Source of the DNA: a virus
Taxonomy: Duplodnaviria > Caudoviricetes
DNA length: 54,828 bases
Direction: 5' to 3' (one strand)
Virus record (IMG/VR): IMGVR_UViG_3300022208_000004
Location: 1-54,828 of that record
The notes beneath the pieces are model-generated. The model had not been told where the DNA came from and ran no database searches. It saw nothing but the letters and a program-made list of their open reading frames with translations. Within the stretch, counting starts at the first letter, position 1. Every line of letters begins with the position of its first letter. Shown here piece after piece: positions 10,260 through 19,339 of the stretch. The position numbers and the translations under genes were made by a program.

Positions 10260-11422
10260 TCTCTTATTGTTTTATCCTTATCATTGTTATAATCTTTTTC
10301 TTGAATGTGTAATATTTCACATTTCAATTCATCTATTATTTGTTGTTCCCTCAACATATCTCTTTCTTGATTTCCTCTTTTTTCTCCATGCCAGTAATCA
10401 CCATCAAACTCAATTACCTTATTTGTTTTTTCATCGTAGAAATCAAGGAATCTTAATGAATATGATGATTGAATATGAACAACATATTCATTGTTCCAAC
10501 CAGATTTATCTTCTGTTTCATCTTTTAATGTGGCAAAATGAATACCTGTTTTATCTTCCAATGAGTTATAAACAGACCAAAATAATTCTTGTGAAATCTT
10601 AGAGAATGGTTGCCTTCCTTCTATTTTTTTTCTATTGATTTCCAATTTTTCTTCTGGTGTTTTGGCATCCAATGTTTTCTGCCATTTTTCTTGTCTTTTT
10701 AACCATATCTCTTTTCCTTTTTTCTCTCCATACTTATCAATACAAAGTTCAAGAGAAAAACGTCTTTGTAATTCACCTATTTTCTGCTTTGCCTTATCTA
10801 TTGAGTATCCTTGTTTTAACCAATGTTTAAGAGTCAATTTATTGTTTCCATTGTTCCTGTTGGAATCACCTATCTTCTTATAGATGCTTTGTAATTGTTT
10901 ATTCAATTCATCATCAGTCAAATTTTCATAACCCTTGAAGTTTTTACTGAATGGTGACAGATTTCCGCCATGATTAAATCCAGGATTGTTTTCTCCTTTT
11001 ATTTTTTCTGAGGCATAGTTTAAGTATGATTCAGAAAACGCTCTCACACTATACTTTTCTTCATATTCTTGAACTGTGATATTATGTTTGTATAGTAGGT
11101 GTTGCGTTAATGACCGCGCCTTAATTCCACATATCTTACATTCGACTATGCCTACTTCATGTTTGTATTTTTGGTCAGCCTGTTTCCGTTGTCTTGTGGT
11201 TTCTAGACACTGTGTTGAACAGTATTTTGCTTTCATGTCTCTGACTGAAATATCCTTGTGACAATTAAGACATTCTCTTTTTATTGTTTTTGGGTCAACC
11301 CATTTTTCATGTTTTATTAGGTAATCTATCTTGTTTAGATTATGTTCTTTTTTAGTGTGGTGATAGAAGTTATATTTGTTTATGGTTTGATTACATTCCT
11401 TACAAACTTTTTCAGATTCCAT
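10235..11422 (-). CDS. Free-standing homing endonuclease (zinc fingers plus Vsr/DUF559-like nuclease domain)
   Basis: CxxC/His zinc-finger motifs; C-terminal FLDFY..KVIEFDGDYWH..D..RE..ILHI.E; lies between the two intein halves. Confidence 0.8.
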   Translation of the reverse strand: MESEKVCKECNQTINKYNFYHHTKKEHNLNKIDYLIKHEKWVDPKTIKRECLNCHKDISVRDMKAKYCSTQCLETTRQRKQADQKYKHEVGIVECKICGIKARSLTQHLLYKHNITVQEYEEKYSVRAFSESYLNYASEKIKGENNPGFNHGGNLSPFSKNFKGYENLTDDELNKQLQSIYKKIGDSNRNNGNNKLTLKHWLKQGYSIDKAKQKIGELQRRFSLELCIDKYGEKKGKEIWLKRQEKWQKTLDAKTPEEKLEINRKKIEGRQPFSKISQELFWSVYNSLEDKTGIHFATLKDETEDKSGWNNEYVVHIQSSYSLRFLDFYDEKTNKVIEFDGDYWHGEKRGNQERDMLREQQIIDELKCEILHIQEKDYNNDKDKTIRECLEFLQS

Positions 11423-11598
11423 ATTATAAGTCTCCTTAGATTGTTCATACTCTTATTTATAATATAGAATGGTTTTTTAGTATGCTTCTGGTCAATTTGG
11501 TAAACCCTGTTTAATAAATCATAGAAATCACCAATTTTTATATCCATAATTTCTCCTTCATAAGTCTTTATTTTAATTACAGAATCACCCAAACAGCA
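11380..11598 (-). mobile_element. Split intein N-terminal half (IntN, about 30-aa core plus tail)
   Basis: CCLGDSVIKIKTYEGEIMDIKIGDFYDLL = intein block A directly after Walker A GK. Confidence 0.88.
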
Positions 11599-11934
11599 CT
11601 TTCCACACTGTCTACTTGCTACGTTAATAGTAAAACGATTGTTTAAAAAATTGTTTAATAGTCTTTCTTGATATCGTCTTAGATTAATGGTGATAAGTCC
11701 CTTATCAGCATGGACTATTTTATAATACCGTTTTGCAAAGTAGTATATGTCTTGTTGGCATTTATACAATTCCTGAATATGAACATCGGAGAAAGGTAGA
11801 ATGGCATTCTTACCCTTTAGTTTTGTGTTGCCTAGATAGTGAAATTTCTGACCATAAACATCTCTTGTAAAATCGGGAATATCTAGAGGATTTTCTGGTA
11901 TTACAGTTATAGCATTCGTTTCTATTACTTCCAT
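11380..11934 (-). CDS. terL: Terminase large subunit N-terminal part, fused to an N-terminal split-intein half
   Basis: YLGN.KLK, KC..D.YYF, LRRYQ (adenine-binding), SRQCGK (Walker A), then C-CLGDSVIKIK intein start. Confidence 0.93.
   Translation of the reverse strand: MEVIETNAITVIPENPLDIPDFTRDVYGQKFHYLGNTKLKGKNAILPFSDVHIQELYKCQQDIYYFAKRYYKIVHADKGLITINLRRYQERLLNNFLNNRFTINVASRQCGKCCLGDSVIKIKTYEGEIMDIKIGDFYDLLNRVYQIDQKHTKKPFYIINKSMNNLRRLIIWNLKKFVRNVIKP
11454..11461 (-). promoter_or_regulatory. Late promoter TATAAATA for the homing endonuclease, embedded in the IntN tail
   Basis: Perfect T4 late consensus, then AAGGAGA RBS (11431-11437), then ATG 11422. Confidence 0.75.
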
Positions 11935-12443
11935 TTGTTCTCTGATAGTGTTTTTGGAAAGAATCCAGATTCGGGCAATTCGACAATTATCTCGTAATAT
12001 CCATTTGCAAAAGCAACCACCCCAATTATCTTTTCCATAGGAACAATATAGGCAGCCAACTTTTTTTCTTCATCTGAATATCTTTTAGCCCATTTTTTAT
12101 CCGCAAAAAGAACAGTCAAAGAACCCTTTGGAACCTTAATATTATCGGATTGTGCCCGATGTAGAATAACTTTGTTCCCATATTCTTTTTTCATGAAGTG
12201 TAGGGTCTTGGAGTATTCTTTTTTAACATCATCTAAGGTGAAGTCATTCTTATTTATCTTCCTATCTAATGCTCTAGGAATCCCAACAATAAGCCCCCTA
12301 ACATCAGAATTTATGGCAGAACTTATGCTATTAGGCAAGGATTTGGTTTCCTGACTAGCAATTTTCAATAATTCATCGTTTATGACAAACGTCTTTATGT
12401 TCTCATTAAGAAATTGTTTGAATGTCTTAATATTACTTATCAT
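11925..12443 (-). CDS. Putative capsid-internal protein, ADP-ribosyltransferase-like fold
   Basis: Likely start 12443 (GGGGA RBS); leader MISNIKTFKQFLNE; C-terminal LHRAQ..FA..KWAKRY..Y.VP.EKI..YEIIV resembles R-S-E ARTs. Confidence 0.55.
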   Translation of the reverse strand: MISNIKTFKQFLNENIKTFVINDELLKIASQETKSLPNSISSAINSDVRGLIVGIPRALDRKINKNDFTLDDVKKEYSKTLHFMKKEYGNKVILHRAQSDNIKVPKGSLTVLFADKKWAKRYSDEEKKLAAYIVPMEKIIGVVAFANGYYEIIVELPESGFFPKTLSENKWK

Positions 12444-13422
12444 ATGAATATCCCCACTTCTCACCTAATGCATAGAACATATCTGCAAATGTGCGCCATT
12501 TATTTTTCCTCATTATTCTAATAATTTCATCCATGTAGTCTCTTAGTTTGCCTTCACTTTTCTTGTTGTTATGAAACAGCGTTTCTATTCCAGAACTTTT
12601 GACCGCCCGATTTATAAAATAGTCCATATGTTCTTTATCTGAACTACTTTTAATTTCATTAAAATTTCTGAGACTTCCAGCATTATAAAGATATGATGAT
12701 TCTTTTGAGGTCAATTCTTCAGTGTTTTTCTTTTTCAACAATGAAAGTATGCTTTGAAAAGCATCAGAATCATAAGATGAATTATAGTCGCGTCCACTAT
12801 TTGCTTTTGTTTTTGTATAGGTTTTAAGGAAATTTATTACATCGTCTAATTCTGTTTTGGCTTTAGATTTATTTTGCAAAATCCAGTCATGGTTGTCACT
12901 GTATATCCAATATGGAATACCACTCTTTTTTAGTTCAATAAATGTGCTTAACAATTCTGTTCTATTCTTTGCGAACTTCTCAAATTCTTTCATTCTTTCG
13001 ATGTTGAAAAGAATGTGTATTTCTTCAATATACTTATTGAATTGTTCAATAGTAGGTTTAGGTGAATAAATTCTATCTTCTGCTTCATCATCCTTTTGTC
13101 TGAATGCGATAGTTGTATTTCTACCCCAATAATCTACAGACTTTGCAGAATAACGTTGATTCAGTTTTTCACCGTTTAATTTCATCACAGCCGAAGCCAT
13201 ATCTTCACCAAAATGATAGCCGCCGTATTTCAGTCTGGTAGTAGATAGGTAGTAATAATTTTTCTTTTTACCCCTAAACCTTTCTTCTGAACTCTGACCT
13301 ATATCAGTAGTGAGTTTAATGGAATTCGTTTTTAGAATTTTACCTAGAGAAATGAGTGAGGTCGCATGGTAAACCATACTAGAAGCCATTTCATTTAGAT
13401 ATTGTTTAAAGGTCAGTATCAT
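12433..13422 (-). CDS. Putative capsid-internal protein, ART-like domain
   Basis: Leader MILTFKQYLNE; VYHAT..ILK..IK, YLSTTR, EAEDRI pattern. Confidence 0.55.
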   Translation of the reverse strand: MILTFKQYLNEMASSMVYHATSLISLGKILKTNSIKLTTDIGQSSEERFRGKKKNYYYLSTTRLKYGGYHFGEDMASAVMKLNGEKLNQRYSAKSVDYWGRNTTIAFRQKDDEAEDRIYSPKPTIEQFNKYIEEIHILFNIERMKEFEKFAKNRTELLSTFIELKKSGIPYWIYSDNHDWILQNKSKAKTELDDVINFLKTYTKTKANSGRDYNSSYDSDAFQSILSLLKKKNTEELTSKESSYLYNAGSLRNFNEIKSSSDKEHMDYFINRAVKSSGIETLFHNNKKSEGKLRDYMDEIIRIMRKNKWRTFADMFYALGEKWGYSYDK

Positions 13423-13426
13423 AAAT

Positions 13427-14224
13427 TTATATTTCCTTTAATAGTTCTTTTTTAAATTCTTCTACTTTTAATTGTATGTAACCATAGAATCGTTTGAGAA
13501 ATTTTTTCTGAACATCTCCATTCCATGATCTAAATATAGGACTTTCTTTTACAAATATAGTGAAAAAATTATAGGTTTTATTTTCATCGGCCTTGCCTAA
13601 CCAATCTTTTCCAGCCTTCATTATAAAAGCTAATTTGGCTTCTGGTTTTAATTTATTTAGTATATTATCTATTTTAAATATAATCTGTTGAGCATAAGCA
13701 TTATACTCTTTATCTGAAGATATGTAATCGGTTATATCACCAGATTTTGCTAGTTCTAGTGTTCCAGATTTAAAAAAGTCTTCTTTCCATCTTTTAGAGT
13801 CTAGGAAATGAATGAATTCATGTAGGAATGTTTCTTTATTTTTTTCAAATAGTTTTTTCATTTCTTTCATATTTTCTATACTCACCACATAATTCTCTGG
13901 TAAGCAGTATAGTCTTATTACTCTACCATTTTTCAATGGTTCTATTAAACCTTTTATGGTTATATTCTCATTTGATACAACTTTTTGTAAAGTAACGGCA
14001 ATATTATCATCCTTAAACATAGCCAATCCCCTTTTAACATTATTGAAAGGTATAGCTATACCAACGGCTTTTCCGTCACTCTTGACAAGAGTAGAGACTT
14101 CCAGGAGACTTTTTTTACTGTTAAATAGACCATTCAATCTATCAAAGACCTTTAAAGCAATATCTCTAGCTACTTTATCTGATTGAGCATCTTCAACCAA
14201 GAATTGTTTAAAGGTCAGTATCAT
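13427..14224 (-). CDS. Putative capsid-internal zincin-like metallopeptidase
   Basis: Leader MILTFKQFLVE; FLHEFIHFLD (HExxH) and downstream EYNAY. Confidence 0.65.
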   Translation of the reverse strand: MILTFKQFLVEDAQSDKVARDIALKVFDRLNGLFNSKKSLLEVSTLVKSDGKAVGIAIPFNNVKRGLAMFKDDNIAVTLQKVVSNENITIKGLIEPLKNGRVIRLYCLPENYVVSIENMKEMKKLFEKNKETFLHEFIHFLDSKRWKEDFFKSGTLELAKSGDITDYISSDKEYNAYAQQIIFKIDNILNKLKPEAKLAFIMKAGKDWLGKADENKTYNFFTIFVKESPIFRSWNGDVQKKFLKRFYGYIQLKVEEFKKELLKEI

Positions 14225-14225
14225 A

Positions 14226-14573
14226 TTACAATTGCCAATCGGATTTTAATTTTGCGGATTTTCTCGCAAAGGCTCTGGCATAGGCATCCCTATAAACTTC
14301 TTTTACAGACGTATCCCAGGGCCTTGAAATTTCCATAAGGTTGTCAAAAATATCATCTACAAGCATATTTACCAATCTTTTAACTGATTGGTTTTCATCG
14401 GGATTACCTTCATCATCATATACCTTCATAATAACATCTCCTGTTTTTAAGGCATATGTTTTTAAGGCATTAAACAAAGTTTGCTTTGTTGCGCTGGAAA
14501 TAGAACCCCTTACGTTTGTAATAGGTGTGCTACGGGGTTGTATTGTTTTTTCAATTAATAATTTATAGTCCAT
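14226..14573 (-). CDS. Hypothetical, putative capsid-internal protein
   Basis: Leader MDYKLLIE; tightly coupled to neighbouring genes. Confidence 0.55.
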   Translation of the reverse strand: MDYKLLIEKTIQPRSTPITNVRGSISSATKQTLFNALKTYALKTGDVIMKVYDDEGNPDENQSVKRLVNMLVDDIFDNLMEISRPWDTSVKEVYRDAYARAFARKSAKLKSDWQL

Positions 14574-14577
14574 ATTT

Positions 14578-15081
14578 TTATCCCCTTGCTTTTTTTAATA
14601 GGTCCGCTGTTGTTCCTTGAATAATATTCACTGTATTAGCCTTACCAATGTTCATTCCAGGTTGATCTGGTAGATTGTTTCTTTCTCTCTCTACCTTGAC
14701 AACTCTTTCATACATAACCATTGTCGTTTCAATAGTCTTAGTAATGTTTGCCATTAAATTAGATATTCCTTCTATTCGTGACCCTGACATAACATCAGCA
14801 TCACCAGTAGAAAGACTATTGAATAAATCCCTGCCCCGTCTAACAAGATTCTGTAAGTTTCTTCTAGCCAATACAAAATCCTTCTTCAAATCAATCAAGT
14901 CAAATAATTCAATCTTACCAGAATCTTTGTTCATCACCTGTAAATCTTTTTCGGATATTTCCTCTACTTCATAATCATCTGTAGTCAACACAATATCCTT
15001 AGTTTCATTATCTACTCTAGTAACTTTTTCTTCTATAATATTGAATTCTTCACTCAATCTATTGAAAGTTTTATCATCCAT
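14578..15081 (-). CDS. terS: Terminase small subunit (T4 gp16-like)
   Basis: DFVLARRNLQNLV..G, R.E....L, C-terminal IIQGTTADLLK; syntenic between gp15 and gp17. Confidence 0.75.
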   Translation of the reverse strand: MDDKTFNRLSEEFNIIEEKVTRVDNETKDIVLTTDDYEVEEISEKDLQVMNKDSGKIELFDLIDLKKDFVLARRNLQNLVRRGRDLFNSLSTGDADVMSGSRIEGISNLMANITKTIETTMVMYERVVKVERERNNLPDQPGMNIGKANTVNIIQGTTADLLKKARG

Positions 15082-15136
15082 TTATTTATAAATCCAATTC
15101 AGTTTTCCATTGTTCTATCTTCATTTATGAAGTTAG

Positions 15137-15424
15137 TTAAAAAGGACTAACATTTTTCATGGTTTTTCTTCTTTGTTCCCATGTTTTACCTTTGGCTTGT
15201 TTCATCCATTCTTTTGCGGCTTTTTCTGTAGAGAAAGGTTCAAAATTAATTGACGACCATGCTGTGTCCCCAGGTTTACCATATTTAGTTCCAGAAGTAT
15301 CTTGAAATTCTTCAACATCCCAAACATCTCCAAATTCACGCATATAATTTTTCTTCACTCTTAGATCACCAAATTTTGGTTCGCTTTCTTGTAATACTTT
15401 ATTGATTATTTCTTTGTAATTCAT
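15137..15424 (-). CDS. Hypothetical, putative capsid-internal protein
   Basis: Leader MNYKEIINKVLQE. Confidence 0.6.
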   Translation of the reverse strand: MNYKEIINKVLQESEPKFGDLRVKKNYMREFGDVWDVEEFQDTSGTKYGKPGDTAWSSINFEPFSTEKAAKEWMKQAKGKTWEQRRKTMKNVSPF

Positions 15425-15744
15425 ATTATACCTTTGTTATTATTTTTGATTTTGGGAAATAGACTAATGTAATATCGTTATATTTCATATAATAAGATTT
15501 ACCCAAATCTTCATCTTCTTTTCCCCAATCCTTCTTTAACACCTTACTTCCTTTGAGATTTTCACCTACTAATTTTTCAAATTCTTCTGGTGTTAATTTT
15601 TTGTTTAATATCCATCCGCCCCTAACTTTGTTTTCCTTTCCTATACTGTTTAAAAAATTATTAACTTTCTCAAAAGGAAATAATTTTTCGTTTAACACTT
15701 GTTCAAGTAATTCTTTGTAATTCATATTATACCTTTTTATTATA
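15410..15744. repeat. Direct repeats flanking gene 15426-15725 (RBS, start and leader)
   Basis: ttctttgtaattcatattataccttt identical at 15410-15435 and 15711-15736, continuing past one mismatch. Confidence 0.85.
15426..15725 (-). CDS. Hypothetical, putative capsid-internal protein
   Basis: Leader MNYKELLEQVLNE. Confidence 0.6.
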   Translation of the reverse strand: MNYKELLEQVLNEKLFPFEKVNNFLNSIGKENKVRGGWILNKKLTPEEFEKLVGENLKGSKVLKKDWGKEDEDLGKSYYMKYNDITLVYFPKSKIITKV

Positions 15745-15752
15745 GTGTTTGT

Positions 15753-16040
15753 TTATACACCTAACCATTTTTTTATTTTATTAATATCCCAACCCATGAA
15801 AATATCATTAACATCTTTGCTTTTTACTATACGAACAATTTTATCATCTTGCTCTGATAAAGTAGCTATTTTTTCGTTATTCTTAAAAATATAATAACCG
15901 TCTATTGAAGATTTTTTATCCCAATATTTTACGGTTATTCCTTTTATTTTTCCTATTTGGTTTGCTATTTCTTCTGCTCTTTCGGATGCTGAAATTTCTT
16001 TTTCTTCCAATAACTTCTCAAATAGTTCTTTTATTTTCAC
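15753..16040 (-). CDS. Hypothetical, putative capsid-internal protein
   Basis: GTG start after GAGG; leader MKIKELFEKLLEE. Confidence 0.6.
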   Translation of the reverse strand: MKIKELFEKLLEEKEISASERAEEIANQIGKIKGITVKYWDKKSSIDGYYIFKNNEKIATLSEQDDKIVRIVKSKDVNDIFMGWDINKIKKWLGV

Positions 16041-16041
16041 C

Positions 16042-16437
16042 TTAGACCTCTAATACGGGGTTTGTTGTTTTAAAATTCTTTTTCCTTATAGTGGTTTTTC
16101 CTATCAATTCCAATAAACCAGTTTTAAAGTTGATATGTAAGGCGAACGGAACATTTATATCCGTATGTAAATCCTTCAATACCGCCTCTGAATCAGGATT
16201 CATTTTGACTATCTTACTACCATATTTAGAATATTCTTTACGAAATAATTGTTCTAATTCTGATATTGTTATTTGTTTAATGTTGCGTTCATCATTAACT
16301 CTATCTAAAAAATGCTTAGTGAATTCTATATCTATGGATAAGGAAGAAAATAATTTATCCAGAACATCCTCTAGTTTATCCAATTCCTGTTTAGTAACCT
16401 TATGCTCCTTTAGGATAAAATCTTTAAATGTAATCAT
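16042..16437 (-). CDS. Conserved phage hypothetical, putative capsid-internal protein
   Basis: Leader MITFKDFILKE; FTKHFLDRVNDERN..IT..EL motif. Confidence 0.6.
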   Translation of the reverse strand: MITFKDFILKEHKVTKQELDKLEDVLDKLFSSLSIDIEFTKHFLDRVNDERNIKQITISELEQLFRKEYSKYGSKIVKMNPDSEAVLKDLHTDINVPFALHINFKTGLLELIGKTTIRKKNFKTTNPVLEV

Positions 16438-16439
16438 AC

Positions 16440-16622
16440 TTATTTCATCATTTCAATTTTGAAATCATGCCCATTAAATGTTACTACAGCAGTCTTATTA
16501 TTTTCAGAATCAATAATTCTGGCATTCAAGTTTCTAATGAATCCTACTAAATCAGGGTCAAGCTTACCCTCAAGTAATTTTCCTTTTCTCATATCTCTAT
16601 AAACTGCCACTAAGTCATTCAT
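16440..16622 (-). CDS. Small hypothetical protein
   Basis: GGGA RBS; fills the gap between genes; weak leader ending KLLE. Confidence 0.5.
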   Translation of the reverse strand: MNDLVAVYRDMRKGKLLEGKLDPDLVGFIRNLNARIIDSENNKTAVVTFNGHDFKIEMMK

Positions 16623-16632
16623 GGATTATCCC

Positions 16633-17361
16633 TTATTTAATAAATTGTTCTCTACTTCCAATACTATCTATTTGATAATGAAGGTCAAGTTCTAATAAGT
16701 TTGCATCACCAGTGAAAGTATCCCCGACAGCACTAGAATTTCTAAATATTCTCCCGATTAACATTGAAGAAATAGACAATCCAGTTCCTATAATAGTTGG
16801 AAAAGAAGTGACATAATGTTTCTTGGCCGTCCCATCCAAAACTTGAGTTGCAGTAGTAATGGTTGTGTTTGGAAACACCCCATTAATATTTACTATTGAG
16901 TATTCCAGCCCCCATATAACACTGTTTATCTCTGTTGTGCTAGGGAACCAATGGACATGAGGCTCTAAATTTGAACCTACTTTATAATCATGAGGAAGCT
17001 GTGTAGCAAAGTATAATTGTTGTTCATTTGTTGGATTTATTTGTTTTTCAAAGGCATATAACCATATTCCAACAGAAGCCGACCCATTATCCAGAATCTT
17101 TTTAAAGACTGGTGCTTTTCCGTCTGTAGCAAATGACGTTACAGGAATCCTTATATCATCCCAATACGTTGAGTTTCCTTGAAACGAAATCTCACCAGTT
17201 AAAGGGTCAATAGCAAGATAATTAGTTGCGCCACCCATTTTTGAGAAAAGTGTTTTCCAGGATATTTGTTTTGTAGCACCATCCACATCAACTATGACTA
17301 GTTTTATATCACCATTTGATTGTGTGGCTGAAGGCAAGGCACTTATTCTAACATCAGGCAT
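16633..17361 (-). CDS. Virion appendage/fibre-like structural protein
   Basis: DVRISALP.AT N-terminal fibre-attachment-type motif; YWDDIRIP..QLPHDYK..PHVHW beta domain. Confidence 0.55.
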   Translation of the reverse strand: MPDVRISALPSATQSNGDIKLVIVDVDGATKQISWKTLFSKMGGATNYLAIDPLTGEISFQGNSTYWDDIRIPVTSFATDGKAPVFKKILDNGSASVGIWLYAFEKQINPTNEQQLYFATQLPHDYKVGSNLEPHVHWFPSTTEINSVIWGLEYSIVNINGVFPNTTITTATQVLDGTAKKHYVTSFPTIIGTGLSISSMLIGRIFRNSSAVGDTFTGDANLLELDLHYQIDSIGSREQFIK

Positions 17362-17372
17362 TTAAATTCCCC

Positions 17373-18269
17373 TTATTGAATTTGTTCAAGTAAAATTCTT
17401 TTATTATCTTCAGTATTTATATATAAGCCACCTTCTGACATAATACCAAAGAATTGATCGTAAATAATACTAGTAGTAGGTTCATTTATTCTATTGGTTA
17501 TATCCGTCACTGGTGTTAGATTGTCTGGTCTTAATTCATAGGAAAGAAACTTATTATAGTCTTCTGAACCAGTTTTACCAATAAAATAATCTGTAGTTAT
17601 TTCTTTAACAAAACCAAGAGGCTGGTATTTGACATAATAGTAATTAAGTTTAGCCTGTATCGTAATAATAGATATGAATACTCTATCATCATCAAATCCA
17701 AATTCTTCATTTGTATCTGGTGTAACAGAAGATATACTGAATTTTATTGATTCTGGTTCAAAGCCATCTATCACATTTAGATTCAATGCCAGCGTAGGAT
17801 TGAAATAAGGTAATATTTGCTCAATAATCTGAAAATTATCGTCTATTGTTTTTGACATAATGGAAAGTTCTATATCCAGATTCCAGGGAACACCAGTTGG
17901 AATGTTCCCTACTGTTTTAGTGGAAGCATCATAATTACCTGATATTTTTTGTGTCTTATTCATAGCACGTTCAGTAGAAAAAGACATTCCAACAATATTA
18001 ATAGCCATTCTAGGTAAGATATTGTTAATATAAACTTTATTTGTTTCAGGTGAGTTTGGATTTATAAAAGTAGCCTGTTTTACGATGTTCCAGAAAGATT
18101 CTTGTGTGGCATAATTAATGGGAACATTTATGTATTTGTTAGGAACCCCAACATTGTCATATTTTTCAACAAATATTCTCGAAGTGAGCCAATCCATAAG
18201 AGAAGTGACTACTTTTCTAGTAATATGTTTGTGTCCAAAATAACTTGTAGGAATTGAGGTTCTAACCAT
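17373..18269 (-). CDS. gp15: Tail terminator / sheath stabiliser (T4 gp15-like)
   Basis: VPINYA..E, ILPRM, PW.L..EL.I..K..DD..QIIEQILPYF.P motifs. Confidence 0.9.
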   Translation of the reverse strand: MVRTSIPTSYFGHKHITRKVVTSLMDWLTSRIFVEKYDNVGVPNKYINVPINYATQESFWNIVKQATFINPNSPETNKVYINNILPRMAINIVGMSFSTERAMNKTQKISGNYDASTKTVGNIPTGVPWNLDIELSIMSKTIDDNFQIIEQILPYFNPTLALNLNVIDGFEPESIKFSISSVTPDTNEEFGFDDDRVFISIITIQAKLNYYYVKYQPLGFVKEITTDYFIGKTGSEDYNKFLSYELRPDNLTPVTDITNRINEPTTSIIYDQFFGIMSEGGLYINTEDNKRILLEQIQ

Positions 18270-19339
18270 TATATTTTTCCAATCTTTGCTAGTCTCTTAT
18301 CTCTTTCTATTTTATACTTTTCTAATTCTTTAGTAATAACTGAATTCATAGCTTCTACACCCTTAGCGGCTCTCATTCTTTTAACAATATCTATCCACAT
18401 ATTCATTGTTTCTTCTGTTTCCTCTACACTGACAACATAACCCATTTTTACTCTGGAACCAGCTTTGTAGATTCCATTTACCATCCAGGCAGAATAATCT
18501 TTACCCATAGACATTCTATAGATGTATAATTTTAATTTTTTACCGTCTTCTTCTCCCAAATCAATCCAGGAACCTTCCCTATCAAAAGTAACATCACCCA
18601 ATTTTCTAAGGAAACCACTTTCAAAATCACGTCTTTTAAATTTTCTTTCTTTCTTACCCTCAAACACTTTTTTCAACACCTTTGAGGGGAATATATTTTC
18701 AGGGTCAGAAACTTCCGTTGTGCTTCCTTTCCAATCCCAGGTTCTTTGTTTCATTTTTTGCTTTCTATTGTCATGGTAAAGATAATTATCAATAGTTATT
18801 TTCCACTGTAAACCAGAGTCACCACCACCCAACATTTTATTCATCTGATTTCCTTCTGCGCTAAAATAAATCTGGTAGTAGAAAATAGTTTCCCTATTTG
18901 TAGTAGCCCATTCATGTATTTGTTGGACATAGGCACCAGTCCAATAACTATCCGCAATCTTTTCCTTAACTGTATGCTTTAGTAACCCTGGAAAAAACTT
19001 AGAGAAATGCTTTGAAAATCTCTCAACTGAAAAATCTTTGTTCAAGGCATTTTTTATAACTGCCAATTCCATCTTAGCCTTGGCTAGTTTCATATCATCA
19101 TCCCGTTTTCTTTCATCTGGTGATAGGATGTGTTTAGTACCAATTTTCTTCAATAGGCTGTAAGCAGCATTGACCTTTTGCATCATATCAGTAGAACCAC
19201 CCAAGTCTGGATGGTGTTTCTTAGAAGCCATTTTCCAGGCAGTAGTCAAGTCTATTGTAGAGTCTTTTATATCTAAGATTTTAACAGCTTCATCGTAGGT
19301 CATGGCTGTTTCTTTTAGGAACTGTTTAAAAGTTTTCAT
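18269..19339 (-). CDS. J-domain (DnaJ-like) protein with capsid-targeting-like leader
   Basis: MKTFKQFLKE leader, then MTYDEA.KIL..W...SKKHHPDLGGS.DMMQKVNAAY (HPD motif). Confidence 0.8.
   Translation of the reverse strand: MKTFKQFLKETAMTYDEAVKILDIKDSTIDLTTAWKMASKKHHPDLGGSTDMMQKVNAAYSLLKKIGTKHILSPDERKRDDDMKLAKAKMELAVIKNALNKDFSVERFSKHFSKFFPGLLKHTVKEKIADSYWTGAYVQQIHEWATTNRETIFYYQIYFSAEGNQMNKMLGGGDSGLQWKITIDNYLYHDNRKQKMKQRTWDWKGSTTEVSDPENIFPSKVLKKVFEGKKERKFKRRDFESGFLRKLGDVTFDREGSWIDLGEEDGKKLKLYIYRMSMGKDYSAWMVNGIYKAGSRVKMGYVVSVEETEETMNMWIDIVKRMRAAKGVEAMNSVITKELEKYKIERDKRLAKIGKI

Noticed and set aside
9858-11598. Group I intron, or a single contiguous intein broken by sequencing errors
   Set aside because: Intein motifs lie on separate overlapping ORFs, the endonuclease has its own promoter and RBS, and no non-coding space exists for a ribozyme core.
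15083-15090. TATAAATA just upstream of terS
   Set aside because: Only 1 nt from the ATG, so transcription would start inside the gene; not called.
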